DNA of 63,844 nt, filler included, from Olpidium bornovanus S191 (GCA_017911155.1; 34 parts of 34 records of this genome joined end to end with filler, not necessarily neighbours in it); one strand, 5' to 3'; shown: positions 11,863 to 25,360, counted from the whole stretch's first letter. Notes: generated by a model from the letters alone, not told the origin. Program-made: numbers and translations.

Positions 11863-13656
11863 CCATGGAAACGTCAAACGCCGTTATATGCCGACCTCCC
11901 TGGAGCTGCATCTCCAGTAACCGACGCTGATGCTCAACGATTGGCAAAATCTCCGCCCGTTTCTCTTCCAGTAGTCCAGTAGTTGGGCCACCTGCCAAGT
12001 CAGGAAAGATAATGGTAAAAAAGATCAGGAGAGATTACACAAAACTGAACAAAACAAAAAGCTGATGCGTCCCCGACCCTTTCCGAGGAGCCATATCCGC
12101 AGTTTGTCGAACAGCGCGGCAACGACCCATCGTTTCGCCTTTACGAACGACACCACGGGACGGTGTGGGAAAAACGGCAACCTCCGCTGGTTAAGCGCCG
12201 GAAACTCTGCGGCCGGGCAGACCACAAGTTGAACGTCGACACCTCCCGACACGAGTGCGTTCACCCTCTTGCTTTCGTCGAGTGCCAATGCGCGGACATC
12301 GTGCGAGTGGTACCGCCGGCGGCCGGAGATGACCCATTTCTTCTGCGGCCCAGCCGCTTGCCGAGGTTCCGCTGTCGCCGAAGCCGCGGAGTCCGCGGCC
12401 GGCACGCTCCTGCTGGCTTTTGGACGGGACGGCTTCGTCGCGTCCAAGGCATCCTGCACCTCCACCACCTTGTAACGGTTCACAACCCGATCCACACCGG
12501 AGCTGAAAACGGTTGTGGAATCCCGGCCCACCGCCAAGCAAAGGACGTCCGCAGCGTGGCTCGAGATCGATTGCCTTAGGACCCCCATTCGCAGGTCCCA
12601 GAACTTGACGTGGCCCAGCGAATCACCGCTGACAACAGTGCCGTCCGCCAACACCTTGATGGCCCATACTATCGTGTGCTCGCTTTTAGATGCTTTCTCG
12701 ACCAACATTCGTGCGACCGATCGGCCGCTCTCTACGTCATACTTGTTGATGGTACTCTCTGCAGATCCGGTCACAATGTAACTATCTGTCGGATCCCACG
12801 CCAGAGAAAGTACTCGTCCTAACGGCGAGCCGACAAACAAGAGCATAATCAGGATGTGCGACGGCGGTGACCCATTATCGACGCTTTCTTTTTTGGTAAA
12901 CTATCCATACCTCTGTGCGGGTCAAGCGCCTTAATGTACTCGAGCCGACCATCCGCCACGTCAAAAATGCGCACCCGGCCGTCTTCGCAGCCAATGGCCA
13001 GCCGCTTTTGGTCGTTGCTGGCGGCAACGCACCACACGGCGCCGCCGTGACTGTCGATTACTTTCTTCGGTCGCAGGGTGTCCAAATCCCACTCCCGGAG
13101 GATCGCGTCAAGGCCCGCGGTAAATAGCCGCGGCGGAAGAGCGTGCAGTCGCTTTTTCTCCCTCTCGGACGGCTGAGTCGGCTGGCGCCCGTTTTTTCGC
13201 TGCGCCGTCCTCTTGGCCTTCTTTTCTACAAGATTTCTACCTTTTGCCTTCTTGTCCGGCTCTATGTCTCCTTCCGCGTCTGTTTCGTCGTCCTTGCCGT
13301 TGTCCTCGTCGACTTCCGAGTCGCATGGTTCAGTCTGGTGCGTCCAGGCCAGGGCCTCGACCGACGCGCGGGTCGAGCCTGGTATTGTCTATAAGAACGG
13401 GAAAACTTGCGCCGGTCAACAACACGCCAGGGCAACGGGGCTGGGGGGAAGTGGGGGGAAGGCCACCGCAGTCGAGTCACGGCGGGGAGATACACACCCT
13501 CTCCAGGTGCCAATTGTTGAGCGGACTCCAGATTTCTATGTCGCCAGAGGCTCTAGCGCACGCGGCGTACGGCCTCTGACACGTGCTCGGCGCGAAGGCC
13601 AACGCATTTATGGTCGCGGGCGTGTAGTCCACGAACCGGCACCTGTGGACTTCCAT
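11863..13656 (-). CDS. UTP4: U3 snoRNP WD40 protein Utp4/cirhin (5' part, multi-exon)
   Basis: MEVHRCRFVDYTPATINALAF...ARASGDIEIWSP N-terminus; WD repeats; RRYHSHDVRAL; SGGVDVQLVV; QRRLPFFPHRP. Confidence 0.92.
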
Positions 13657-13953
13657 GCTCCCGGCGGCGGCGGCGGCCTCCGTCCGCGCCGGCGGACTCA
13701 AAGCGTGGTCAAGCACAGGGGGCGCAACAGCAGCAGCGGCGGCGGCAGCAGCAGCAGGGCCGCCACGCTCACGCCACCTTCCACCCTTTCCCTCCCCCAC
13801 CTCCCGCCCGCCCGGGGCGTGTTCCGTTTCCTCGAAAACGTGGGGCGAGGGCGGGCCGGGGCTTGCGGAAGACGCACAGGTGCGCCGACGAGAACGAGAA
13901 CGAGCGGGAGGAGCTCGTGGTTTTTTGTTGGTCTGGGCCTGCGGGAGCAGGGC

Positions 13954-13998
<45 letters not shown>

Positions 13999-15000
13999 GG
14001 GGGGGGAAGGGGGGGGGGGGGGGGGGGAACAGCGCGGTTTCCCCCTATCTCTTTTCGCCGGGGGGGGGAAAGGAGGGGTGTGGCGGCGGAAGGTGGGTGG
14101 GAAGCCGGAGGTGGAGGAGGTGGAGGAGGGGAAGGGAGGAGTGTGAGGGAGAGTTGACTGTGATCGCTGTCGCCTCGGAATTATATACCACGCACGGTGG
14201 GAAAAAAAAAAAAAAAAAAAAAAAAANNNNNNNNNNNNNNNNNNNNNNNNNNNNNNNNNNNNNNNNNNNNTTAATTAATTAANNNNNNNNNNNNNNNNNN
14301 NNNNNNNNNNNNNNNNNNNNNNNNNNAACACGTATCTGGTTGAGCTCAGGTTCTTCCTGATCCCATTCTTTACGACAATCCCGCCAAGTGGTGCTGACGT
14401 TTAACAACACCTCGGAAATACCACCCTGCGGGACTGTGAGTGCATGGTCGCACTGTACGCGGACAAAATGAGCTGAGCCGGACCCAACGACGCCATCGTC
14501 GACGCGCGCTGGAAGCTAGGGTCGTTGCAAAGTTCAAATTGACCAACTCAAGCTCCCTCACCCTCACACTAAGATGGGCCCCACCATCCGATCCGGCTCT
14601 CAGTGAAGTTGTGGCCACGCGCATGTCACGACTACCGTCTGGTTACCCGCAAGCTTGTGGTCGCAGGCGACCGACGCACGGACGGTAGGTCAAAGTTCTT
14701 CGGCCTTCCCACCCCACACCCGTGAGGGTAATCATCCGCAACAGCTTGCGTCCATGCGAATTCCTCTTCTGCAACGGTCACCGGAGGACAGAGTCATTGT
14801 GGCATGAAAAAGCTGTTTTGTGTTCTGGATAAGGGTTCGTGATGTCTTAGGATTTGCATTTGAATAAAGCGCGCTGTAGCCGTAGGCCACTGTAACCCGA
14901 GCTACCAGCCATGACAGGATAAATAAACAGTTAGGAATGCTTGCCAACGAGAACTACGGCCTTCTTTCGCCGACCACGGGTGGGCGTGAGACGAGCAGGT

Positions 15001-15342
15001 TCAGTTTGCGGCTAACCCGGACACCGCGCCAAGCAGCATCGCGTACGGCGAACGGACGCCGTTATCGACGAGGATGTATGACCCTGCGGCGATGACCGCA
15101 TACAGCGGGCGGCTGCCCAAGGAAGCCGCGGCGGCGCCCGCGCCAGTGCGCTGGGCAGTGGCGACGCTTTTCTGGAAGAGCAGGTACGCCGCAGCGAACA
15201 CCAGGCCGACAGCCGCGGCGTTCATGCCGGGTAGGACCCTCTGCAGCAACTTGGAGGAACGCACTCTCTGCCACACGGGAATGGCAGCGGCGTTAATGGC
15301 AAGCCCGGGAGCGAAGATGGCGATGTAGCCCAGTACGGCACC
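15001..15342 (-). CDS. Chromate ion transporter (CHR/ChrA family), C-terminal exon
   Basis: IAIFAPGL...PVWQRVR....LPGMNAAAVGLVFAAAYLL matches the CHR signature GvNAaaVGLv.aA.y.L. Confidence 0.85.
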   Translation of the reverse strand, partial: GAVLGYIAIFAPGLAINAAAIPVWQRVRSSKLLQRVLPGMNAAAVGLVFAAAYLLFQKSVATAQRTGAGAAAASLGSRPLYAVIAAGSYILVDNGVRSPYAMLLGAVSGLAAN

Positions 15343-15525
15343 NNNNNNNNNNNNNNNNNNNNNNNNNNNNNNNNNNNNNNNNNNNNTTAATTAATTAANN
15401 NNNNNNNNNNNNNNNNNNNNNNNNNNNNNNNNNNNNNNNNNNGAGTTGGGTATGGCAGAAAACCGCGAGCAGGACGGACCCCTCCCGGCGGGACCGGTCC
15501 ACCTCGCAAAACAACGGATCCGACG

Positions 15526-16745
15526 TCAGGCCACGCTGGCGGCAGCCCCGCTCGTTCGCCATGCGCGGAGGATGTGGGCTATGATCTCGTCCATCCCCAC
15601 GCCGTGCTTGACCTGCGCGAACACGGTGGGCCCGTCGTCGCGCATGCGCCGGGCGTCGCCATCCATGACGGACAGGTCCGCCCCGACGAACGGGGCCAAG
15701 TCGGTCTTGTTGATGATCAGGAGGTCCGACTGGGTTATACCTGCATCGTGTAAGGGGAAAGCGGCGGGGCGGGGAGGGAAAGAAGGCAAGAGGGGGAGAG
15801 TGGGGAGGTGAGAAGCAGAAAGACGTCTAGCGGAAGGTTTGACGAAGCGGCAACGCAGCGCACGGTTTCCCGATGCGACGGCCTGCGCTCTTTTCACCCC
15901 GACCCCCGAATATTACCTGGGCCTCCCTTCCGGGGGATCTTATCGCCGCCTGAAAGGTATTTTCGCCGGGACGCAGCGAACGCACCACCGGAGAGAGCGG
16001 GTTGGGTGGAAGCAGAGTCAAACTCCGTTCTTTCTTCATTCAGCAAAACAACGCGACGGCAGGCTCCGTACCTGACACGTCCTAGTCAACGGCCCCCGGG
16101 ATCGCGTGAAAACCGCACGCGGCAACAGCTTAACTTTCCGCTTCAACGACCCGCCTCGGTCCCTTCTACAGCTTTACGCAAGCCCCTTCCCTCCCCTTGC
16201 ACCTCGACTCACGATAACGTAGATGATGTAATCAGCAAGCTCCCGCGAAAAGTTCGCTGGTTTGGCGCGAATTTTTTTTGCCCCGCCGCGGAAAAACGTG
16301 TCAACCGGTGGCCGAACAAAGTTTTTTTCTGTTCTTGCGCCGGCGCACCGCGCATAGAGGCAACCCCCCGGGAAACAGTCTTGTCCCCTACCGGCCAGGT
16401 TGTCCCCTCCGGACTCGACGAGCAGGAGGTCCGGGTTGAACTGGGCGTGGAGCTCCTCCAGCGCAGTCAGATTCACGCTGATGTCCTCGCGGATAGCTTT
16501 ATTTGGGAAGAGGGGGGAGGAGAGGGGGGGGAACGGCGGGGAGGGCGGGAAGGGGTGGTGCGGAAGACAAACAGGTAGGGTGGCGCGAAGAGAAACAGGT
16601 AGAAATGGCGCCGGACACAATTCGGGCGCCGCAGGAATTAGCGACACCGAGGGGTGCGCCGAGTGCGCTTACCTGCGTGAGGACAGCCGCCGGTCTCCAC
16701 GGCGCGAATCCGCTCTGGCGGAAGTGCCTGGTTCCGGACCAGGAA
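15526..16745 (-). CDS. ureG: Urease accessory GTPase UreG (multi-exon, 5' truncated)
   Basis: [66 protein letters not shown]. Confidence 0.95.
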
Positions 16746-17180
16746 CCTGGTTCGGGGAATTTCCGCTCGCACATCAAACGGAACAGTTCGCCAGGTCTCG
16801 CNNNNNNNNNNNNNNNNNNNNNNNNNNNNNNNNNNNNNNNNNNNNTTAATTAATTAANNNNNNNNNNNNNNNNNNNNNNNNNNNNNNNNNNNNNNNNNNN
16901 NCCCCCCCTACCGCTCACCGCGAGCAGGGCAGTTTTCACAGAAGGAAGCTTGAACGCAGTGGGCGGCGCAGGGAGGACCAAAAGTGAGAGGAGCCGCGAC
17001 GGAAGTGTGACGTCCGGATACTTACCGTCGGAATCTTCGTTGACGCCGCGTGCGTTCTCTTTGAACCTTCCCCCACGCTCAGCGCCAGCCCCGCCCCGAC
17101 GTGGCCGCAGCGAACAACAGGCCCCTCTCCCCTTTCCCCCACCGCCCCATTTCTCTCCTGGAACCTCTGCCGGAGAAGCA

Positions 17181-19050
17181 ATGACGCGTTCCTTTGCGGA
17201 AGATGAAGAAGGACGGCGGTTCCGCGAGGAGGTGGAGGACGTGAAGCGCTGGTGGAAGTCGGACCGCTTCCGCCTCGTCAAACGCCCCTACTCCGCGGAG
17301 TCCATAATCGCGAAGCGCGGCACGATCACCATCGAGTACCCTTCCAACCAGCAGGCGAAGAAGTTCTGGAAGCTCGCCAAGCAACACCAGAGGAACCGGA
17401 CGACCTCGCACACGTTTGGAGCCCTTGATCCCATTCAGGTCTGGCTTCCAAGCAGGCAAAAGACGCGTTTTCAGGCCCCATCGTTTGTCCTTCACCTTTT
17501 GTTTTTTCTTTTCCGCAAGTTCGCGCGTCTCGCAAAGGCTAAGATAAATTCGCAAACTAGCAAAGGCTAATTGAATTCGCGCCACCACAACATACTTGGC
17601 GCCGTCTCATAGGTCATCCAAATGGCCAAATACCTGGAAACTGTTTACGTCAGCGGCTGGCAGTGTAGCTCGACTGCCTCCACCAGCAACGAGCCCGGTC
17701 CGGATCTCGCGGACTATCCCATGGACACCGTGCCTAATAAGGTAGGAGGACGAGGGCGAGCGGGCATTCTCCCGTCGTTGTTCCGAATTCCAGGTGGACG
17801 TAATTTCTGTAGCTAACGTGATATCCAAATCAGGTGGAGCACCTTTTTAAGGCGCAGCTTTTCCACGACCGCAAACAGCGTGAAGATCGCTTAAACATGA
17901 CCCCGGAGCAACGCGCCTCGAAGCCGGGGATCGATTTCCTACGTCCAATTGTGGCTGATGCTGACACCGGCCATGGCGGTATCACGGCTGTCATGAAGCT
18001 CGCAAAAATGTTTGTCGAACGTGGAGCTGCGGGAAGTCAGTTTGCATCATTTTGTCATGTCGTTTGGAGTCGCGGCTGGCGCTCGTCTGAAGCTGACCCC
18101 CGTTCACCGACGTGCGGGATGCAGTTCACCTCGAGGATCAAGCCGCGGGAACCAAAAAATGTGGCCACCTGGCTGGCAAAGTCCTTGTCTCGATCTCGGA
18201 GCACATTAACCGCTTGGTTGCGGTGCGAGCCCAGTTCGACATCATGGGGGTTGAAAATTTGGTCGTCGCGCGCACGGACTCCGAGGCCGCCACGTTGCTC
18301 ACAACGAACATTGACACTCGCGACCACTCGTTCATTCTCGGTTCGACAAACCCGCGCCTCCGGCCTCTGGCGCTGGTGATGCGCGAAGCCGAGGAGGCTG
18401 GCAAGTCGGGGGACGCCCTGCAGGTCGTTGAAGACCAGTGGTTGAAAGAGGCTAATATCAAGCTCTACGCCGAAGCGGTTGTGGACGCGCTAAAAGCCGC
18501 GGGAAAAAACCCGAGCCAGTTTCTCGCAAAGGCCGATGGCCTTTCGAACGCGGAGGCCCGTCAACTGGCAAAGTCCGCGGGGGTGGACGTTTTCTGGTGC
18601 TGGGACGCTCCGCGCACCCGTGAAGGATACTATCGTTACCAGGGTGGAACGCAATGTGCCATCGCTCGCGCCTGCGCGTTTGCGCCCTACGCGGATCTGC
18701 TTTGGATGGAGGTAAATTCGCAGATGCTGCGGGATTTTTTGCCTTGTTTTTTCGCACCGCTGCTGACCATCGCCAAAACCACCAACGCCCAGACAAAGAA
18801 GCCGATTCTGGCACAGGCAAAGGAGTTCGCCCACGGAGTCCTCTCCAAGCATCCGGAGGCGATGCTGACCTACAATCTCAGTCCATCGTTCAATTGGGAC
18901 GCGGCAGGCATGAACGACGAGCAGATGCGCACGTTCGTCTGGGACCTGGCCAAGCTCGGCTTTGTCTGGCAGTTCATTACCCTCGGCGGCTTTCCCTCCA
19001 ACGCCGCCGGCATTGACATCTTTGCCCGCGACTTTGCCAAGGACGGGATG
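17181..19050 (+). CDS. ICL1: Isocitrate lyase (multi-exon, 3' truncated)
   Basis: [38 protein letters not shown], catalytic KKCGH (methylisocitrate lyase has KRCGH), YNLSPSFNW. Confidence 0.97.
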
Positions 19051-19404
19051 GTAAGGGCCCAGACTGTCATGTTGTCGGAGTTTCCCTTTTTTTGTCATGT
19101 TGCCGGGATTTCACTTTACTCANNNNNNNNNNNNNNNNNNNNNNNNNNNNNNNNNNNNNNNNNNNNTTAATTAATTAANNNNNNNNNNNNNNNNNNNNNN
19201 NNNNNNNNNNNNNNNNNNNNNNCATGCAGGCAGTTGACGTCGACAGCGTGCCCCGCATCGCGTAAACCGTGAATGGCGGAACGCCCGCAACAAAGAGCCT
19301 TTCTAAAGCCACTTAACCGCGAACGAACGCGCAAACGCGAGTTTAGGGTCCCGTCGCACACCGATATCTGCGAAGACGTGCCGCGAAACGTCTGTAAATA
19401 TACT

Positions 19405-20463
19405 TTAGCGAGGTTTTAGAAACTGAAAAAGCTCCGGATAAACCAACCAGCACACGTTTCGTGAAGGCGAGAACCGCCCACCATAATCGTAAGCTGACTT
19501 GGGGCCTGAGCCGAAAGGTGCAACAGGGTGGTGGGCAACCGTAGCCGAACGAGCGGATGTTGATATGACCAAGGGCGACCCCGCCTTTGCCATGACTGAC
19601 GGCGAACGCCCCATTTCGGACAGCGACTGCGCAAAAGGGGCCGAGGCAGCGGCTGGATGGGTGACCGCCGAGTTGATCGAAATGAGTGAAGCTGGGGACG
19701 CGGCCGACACGCCCGGCGGCGTGCCAGGCCCACTCGCTTGGAAGTCGACGTTATACCGATGTTCGGTTTCTCCCGGCTCTGGGCGGCTAGCGAACTCAGG
19801 GTGCACGAAAAAAAACACATTCGGGGATTGTTCCAATCCTGGGGGTACCGGGCCAAAGTTCGCGCCCCCGGCGGCGCCAAGCGTGCGCCTGACGACCCCC
19901 GGATGTCCGAACCCACTTGGAAGGCCCTGAACTGAAGGCTCCCCGCCGACGAATGCAGGAGACGGGAAGCGTTGAAACGGCTGCGAGAGCGACGAAGGTG
20001 ATCCGAGTCCTGGAGGAGTATCCATGAACAATGTGCCAGCCGATCCGGCGCTACCAGCTGCAGCCGCAGAGAATGGAGCACCAGCTGTGGAGAAGGGAAC
20101 GAACGGTGACTGGTGCACGGCGCCTTGGAAGTCGGACGGAAACTGCGGCCGTGATCTTTCGTCGTACGTGCTGCGGGTAAACGGTCCAGGCACGCTGATT
20201 CCCGCGTCCAGAGTGGCCGGTGGGGGCTTGGCAAAAAGTATTCGCCTCAAATCCTGGGAGGTGTCCAAAACCTGGGCAGTCCCTTCAAATGGAGTTCGCG
20301 CAGGAGAGTCGTCCAATAGACCTTTGGGGATGGCGCTCCAATACCTTAAATCGTCCGCTTCGTTGGTCACCTCGTTTTTGTTCAGATTTGCAGCATCCGC
20401 TGCGGACAAAAAGGGAGCGGAGTCGGACGAGTCCTCGGCGATTTGGTTCACCATTCTCTCCAT
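19405..20463 (-). CDS. Hypothetical Ser/Pro/Gly-rich disordered protein segment
   Basis: 352-codon ORF with low-complexity composition; no family recognised. Confidence 0.5.
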   Translation of the reverse strand: MERMVNQIAEDSSDSAPFLSAADAANLNKNEVTNEADDLRYWSAIPKGLLDDSPARTPFEGTAQVLDTSQDLRRILFAKPPPATLDAGISVPGPFTRSTYDERSRPQFPSDFQGAVHQSPFVPFSTAGAPFSAAAAGSAGSAGTLFMDTPPGLGSPSSLSQPFQRFPSPAFVGGEPSVQGLPSGFGHPGVVRRTLGAAGGANFGPVPPGLEQSPNVFFFVHPEFASRPEPGETEHRYNVDFQASGPGTPPGVSAASPASLISINSAVTHPAAASAPFAQSLSEMGRSPSVMAKAGSPLVISTSARSATVAHHPVAPFGSGPKSAYDYGGRFSPSRNVCWLVYPELFQFLKPR

Positions 20464-20967
20464 GNNNNNNNNNNNNNNNNNNNNNNNNNNNNNNNNNNNN
20501 NNNNNNNNTTAATTAATTAANNNNNNNNNNNNNNNNNNNNNNNNNNNNNNNNNNNNNNNNNNNNCCCGAAGCGCCGCCGCCCGCGAGGAAAGCGGAACCG
20601 CCCGTCTGTGGTGGCGGCGGCGGCCGCGCGCGCCGGGCCCCGCCGGCGTCGCCAGAGAAGAAAAGGAGCGCGGACGCGGGCGAGGTCGGGGAAGCCGCCG
20701 TCGTCGAAATTCGGTGAGGAGCGGGGGGGGGGGGTCCGTCCCGCAGGCGCCGCCTGTGGTTCTTTTTTCTTTTATTTTTTTTTCTTTTTCTTTGTCAAAA
20801 TTTTTTGGTTCAGCAATAAAGAAAAGAAAAAAACAAAAAAAAATTGCGCGCGCCGTTCCGGAGCTTTCTTTTTTTTTGTTTTCCGGGAACTTGGGTTTTC
20901 GTACGTTTTTTTTTTTGAAAAAATAAATTCTCATCAATCAAACGGGGGGGGGGGGTTTTCTCCGACA

Positions 20968-21600
20968 GTGCTGCGTTGGCGGAAGAGAAGGAATCGCTGC
21001 TGAGCATGATAGGGCGCCTCCAGTCGGATTTGGAGGGCGAACGAGACTACCGGTCGACGTACGGGCAGGGAATTTCGGGGAAGGGAGGGGCGGGGGAAAG
21101 GCGGGGTGGCTGGAGGAGGGATTGGGCAAAGGCAGAGCCGCGAAATTGTTTTTTTAATTTTCTGAAAAAGCATCCGCCCCGACCGTGTTCGTATCCGCCG
21201 GCCCTTTCCACCGCCCACCACCATCCCGTCCCCGCCTTCCACTTTCTCCTCAGGATGCTACACGCAGGGTCGAAGCACCCTGCGCCCTCGCTGGACGATC
21301 TGAGGATGTTGTCCGAAAAGTTGGAGGTACGGTTCTGTTTCGGAGGGACGCCCCGCCCCCTCGGCCCTTCCCCGGGTGTTTCACGTCGTAGCGCCGGGCG
21401 CGGTCCCGCGGCGGTTTTGATTTCTCCCGGGGGGGACCTTTCTCGAACCTGTGTTTTCCCGCGCCCCCCGCCTCCCCCACTCGGCGCGCGCCTCATTTTC
21501 TTATTTTTCTTTCTCCCAAGGCGCGGTTGCAGATCGACGAGCACGAAAAAGCGGTCGAGTCGATGATCAAGACGCTGCCGTCGCTGACAAAAGGAGTTGT
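20968..21600 (+). CDS. Hypothetical coiled-coil protein, three short exons
   Basis: Helical exons LAEEKESLLSMIGRLQSDLE / SLDDLRMLSEKLE / ARLQIDEHEKAVESMIKTL with plausible GT-AG boundaries. Confidence 0.4.
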
Positions 21601-21621
21601 CGGTGCGGGGCCGCCCAGATG

Positions 21622-21656
<35 letters not shown>

Positions 21657-23519
21657 GGCGNNNNNNNNNNNNNNNNNNNNNNNNNNNNNNNNNNNNNNNN
21701 NNNNTTAATTAATTAANNNNNNNNNNNNNNNNNNNNNNNNNNNNNNNNNNNNNNNNNNNNAAGAGGCCGAGACTGGCACGGAAGGTGTGAGAACTTCACT
21801 TGGCGAGTGACAAGCAAAAAATAATCGGACTCCATCGATCCCCTACAGGCACAGAGAAGTACCAGCGTTAGTTTGACATGATGACGTGCACATCGGCAGC
21901 GTTTAAAAGGAGAGGGGGAGGGAGGGGGAGGGGCGGCGGGCGGGGGGATCGAGGGATGCCAAAACCAGTTCTACCGCCGGAGAGGCCGGTCGCGAAGCCG
22001 TTCGTGGCTCTCGATGGCCGCCGGGGGGCCGTAGCCGTTGGCAAAACCAACCGCGAACACAACAATGACGTCGAGGCAGGCAAAAAGGTCGAAGCGCTGC
22101 TTCCTTTTGGCCCATGCCACGACTCAGCCAGGCGGGCCAGTGACGCCCTCCGGGGCTCGACAGAACGCGCCCTCACGCAGCATCCTGAAATGGACATCGC
22201 GCGAGCGGAGGCGACGCGGAATTTGTCGGCGTTCGCGGAGGCAGATGCAGAGGAGAGCACGCGCATTAGAACATATACCTGCTCGTCTACTGCCAAGCCC
22301 TCCGGGCGCAAGCTTATCTCTAAATCTCTAATTGTTGACGTTTTTTCGGCCAAAGAAAGGCCCGCGTCGATACGGAAGATGCCGAAGGCGTAACCGAAAA
22401 ATGCCACTTTTGAGCTCGGAACGCACTGGCTTCTGGCGTCGCAGCTGTGTTTCGCCCGTCCAAAAAAAAAAACGAAAGCTGCGCGATTTCGCGATTTCAT
22501 GTGTTCAAAACCCGCAGGCGCGGACGCTCCTTCATGCGCACTTTCATGTTGAGAACCTCAGCAAAATACGTCCTCCGTATTCCGATTGAGCTGGTTTTAT
22601 TTGTTTGGCGAGTACGCAGGCTTTATACCCACGCTTTGGACAGTGACAACGACCGTGACCTCTATGAGGGTTCAGAGGCATTTGCGTGCTCACGCCGGCC
22701 TTGTCGCAGTGCAGTGCGAGGGGCCGCACGTTTACCTTTGCCGAGAATTAGTGCGGCCGCGACGAACATGAGGCGCGCGCGGCTTTTGCAGATGATGCAC
22801 GATCGTTGTGCCCAACTCGCTGCTGTTCTTGGCAGAGGCGGCGAAGATGGTTCGTTCAACAGCCATGTAGTGAAATCAAGTATTTTTTTTTTTTCAAACC
22901 TGAGAGTTTCCATGGGGGCCTGTGGTAGTATAGGGAAAGTGTCGTCGAATTTAAGAGAGACTAGGTAACCGGCCCCGATGGTGGCCGGCACACATGGTGG
23001 ATCGGCGACCGCCGACAGTGGTCGGGGTGCCGTGCTTTAGTCGTAACCGCGTTACTAACATGTATGCCTACTTGGAACTGAGTTGGGTGAGTTTCTTTTT
23101 CCCTAGATCGCGCTGATATTTCGTTAAAGTGCAAACATTGCATTGGCATTTACGCTGGCGAAAATCCCCGGCCTAAGGGTATGATGTAAGTCAATTTTGT
23201 TACAAGATAGCAAAACCTAATAAAAGAAGAGAAAAAAAGTTTAACATGCTGTTCGGTCCCAAGTGGCACCGTGCCAGCAGGATTGATGACAGAACAGAAC
23301 TTGCCAAGCGCTGCGGCCGGGGGAACCTCTGGCTTGCCGCCGCGGAGCTCGCTCCCCCTCGAAGAAAGGGCAAGCGCACGCCACGCAACACCCCCGTCTG
23401 ATCCTCCTTCGTCGGCACGCGCTGGGGCGCGCCCCGCCCCCGCGATTCATTCCCGGATGTCCGCTTTCCAGTTCCGTTGGCGTCGGACGCGGAGTGCCCA
23501 ATACTATACGACAGCCCGC

Positions 23520-23730
23520 ACGCTCACACGCGCCCGCACGCACACGCACACCCACGCGCACACGCGCGGCAGCACATACGCGCACGCCCACGCACACACA
23601 CACACACGAGCCGCACCTGCACACGCGCACACGCACACACGCACGCACACGCGCACGCACACGCGCACGCACACGCGCACGCACACGCGCACGCACACGC
23701 GCACGCACACGCGCACGCACACGCGCACAT
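23520..23730 (+). repeat. (GCACAC/GCGCAC)n microsatellite with a 12-bp GCACACGCGCAC period
   Basis: Directly visible. Confidence 0.95.
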
Positions 23731-23944
23731 TCACGCCCGGCGATCAGGGCTGCGTCAGCGGCGAAATTGCCCACTATCTCCCCCGCCCCCCCATTTGAGC
23801 TTGGGCTGCGGGCCATTTGGAAAAAAAAAACCGCCCCGTGCATGNNNNNNNNNNNNNNNNNNNNNNNNNNNNNNNNNNNNNNNNNNNNTTAATTAATTAA
23901 NNNNNNNNNNNNNNNNNNNNNNNNNNNNNNNNNNNNNNNNNNNN

Positions 23945-24681
23945 CCTGTATTCGACGGCAGGTAAGAAACTCAAATTCGACGGATCAACCGGTACCATTG
24001 GCAACATTCGGGGATTCTGTGATGCAGACTACGCCGAGTGCAAGGAGACACGCTGTTCGACCAGCCGTACCTTCTCGCCGGCGGGGCAATCAGCTGGTGG
24101 AGCCGGTGGAGCCGGCAATCAGCTGGTGGAGTGGTCGCTACTTCCACGACAGAGGCTGAGTACATCGCGCTGGGAGAAGCAGTCAAGGAGGCTGTCTGGC
24201 TGCGGAATCTGAACACGGAGCTCACAGGCAAGGACGACGGGCCGATCACGACTGGGGAAGACAACCGCGGAGCACTCCTGCTGGCGCAAAATCCGGTCTT
24301 TCACTCTCGCACCAAACACATTGACGTCAGGTGGCACTACGTCCGGGAATGCGTTGAGGGGAAGAAGATCGAGCTGGCTAGCGTATCATCAGAGGAGATG
24401 ACGGCCGACGTGCTGACAAAGGGGTAGGGATGGGTCAAGCACGAGAAGCACACGGCAGGCCTCGGGGTGGTGCCCTAGGCAGTGATTGCCCCGCATGTTT
24501 TTGTCCTATTTTGTTTTTTTTTTTGTTTATCGCTGCGGCGGCGGCAACCCTTGCAGCGAGGGGGAGTGTTAGTGATTGACCGGAACCCCTGCATGTTGCA
24601 GCCGTAGTTCCTTCCTACCGCTCCCGGGCACAGTGATTAGAAACCCTTTTTGCCCCTCCCGCAACTCCGAAATAAACAACA
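23945..24681 (+). mobile_element. 3' end of a Ty1/copia retrotransposon: degenerate RNase H, PPT and 115-bp 3' LTR
   Basis: FCDADYA...AISW...VATSTTEAEYIAL...DNRGALLLAQNPVFHSRTKHIDVRWHYVRE...ADVLTKG; PPT GCGAGGGGGAG (24556-24566); LTR TGTT...AACA (24567-24681). Confidence 0.92.
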
Positions 24682-25260
24682 CAGAGCTGCGATGTGTGTC
24701 AACGGCGCGGGAAGCCGCGCGACGAGGACCCCCCGTCGGAAGGATCGAGTTCGCTCCCGGGTTTCTTTGAGGTATGGCACTTGGACAGCAGCGGGGCACT
24801 TTCCCCCTCCGCGGGCTTTCGCTACTTCCAGGACGCAGTGGAACGCCTCTTCGGCTGGGTCGTCGGCCACCGCACCAGAAGCAAACCAACAGAGGAAACG
24901 TCGTATACACTCGTCCAGCGCGTTGTGCGCGAGCACGGTGTGCCTATTCGGATGGTCGCCGACCGCGGAGGGGAATTCGGCAGCACATTTTGGAATCGTC
25001 TTGCCACTGCCTTCGGGATCAAGTTCACTCGGACAGCGGCCTATAATCCTCGGGCCAACGGTGCTGCCGAGCGTTCAGTACAGGAAGTCGGTCGCGTGCT
25101 TTCCCGGCTGATGCTGGATCGAGAAGCCGGTTGGGGACAAGCGTTCGACGACGCCATTTGGTGCGTGAACACGAGCAGGCGTCTCTCGCAGTCGGGAGGC
25201 AGCGCATTTTTCTGGAAATACGAGTTTGAACCACGACTACCCCTGGACAACGACTCGGAG
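24682..25260 (+). mobile_element. Ty3/gypsy-type integrase (CxxC of the HHCC finger + DDE core), interrupted upstream by the copia LTR
   Basis: SCDVCQ, WHLD, VPIRMVADRGGEF, AYNPRANGAAERSV; D-D-E triad intact. Confidence 0.88.
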
Positions 25261-25360
25261 NNNNNNNNNNNNNNNNNNNNNNNNNNNNNNNNNNNNNNNN
25301 NNNNTTAATTAATTAANNNNNNNNNNNNNNNNNNNNNNNNNNNNNNNNNNNNNNNNNNNN

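Noticed and set aside
15001-19050. Apparent cluster of chromate transporter, UreG and isocitrate lyase
   Set aside because: The three genes are on separate contigs; adjacency comes from concatenation.
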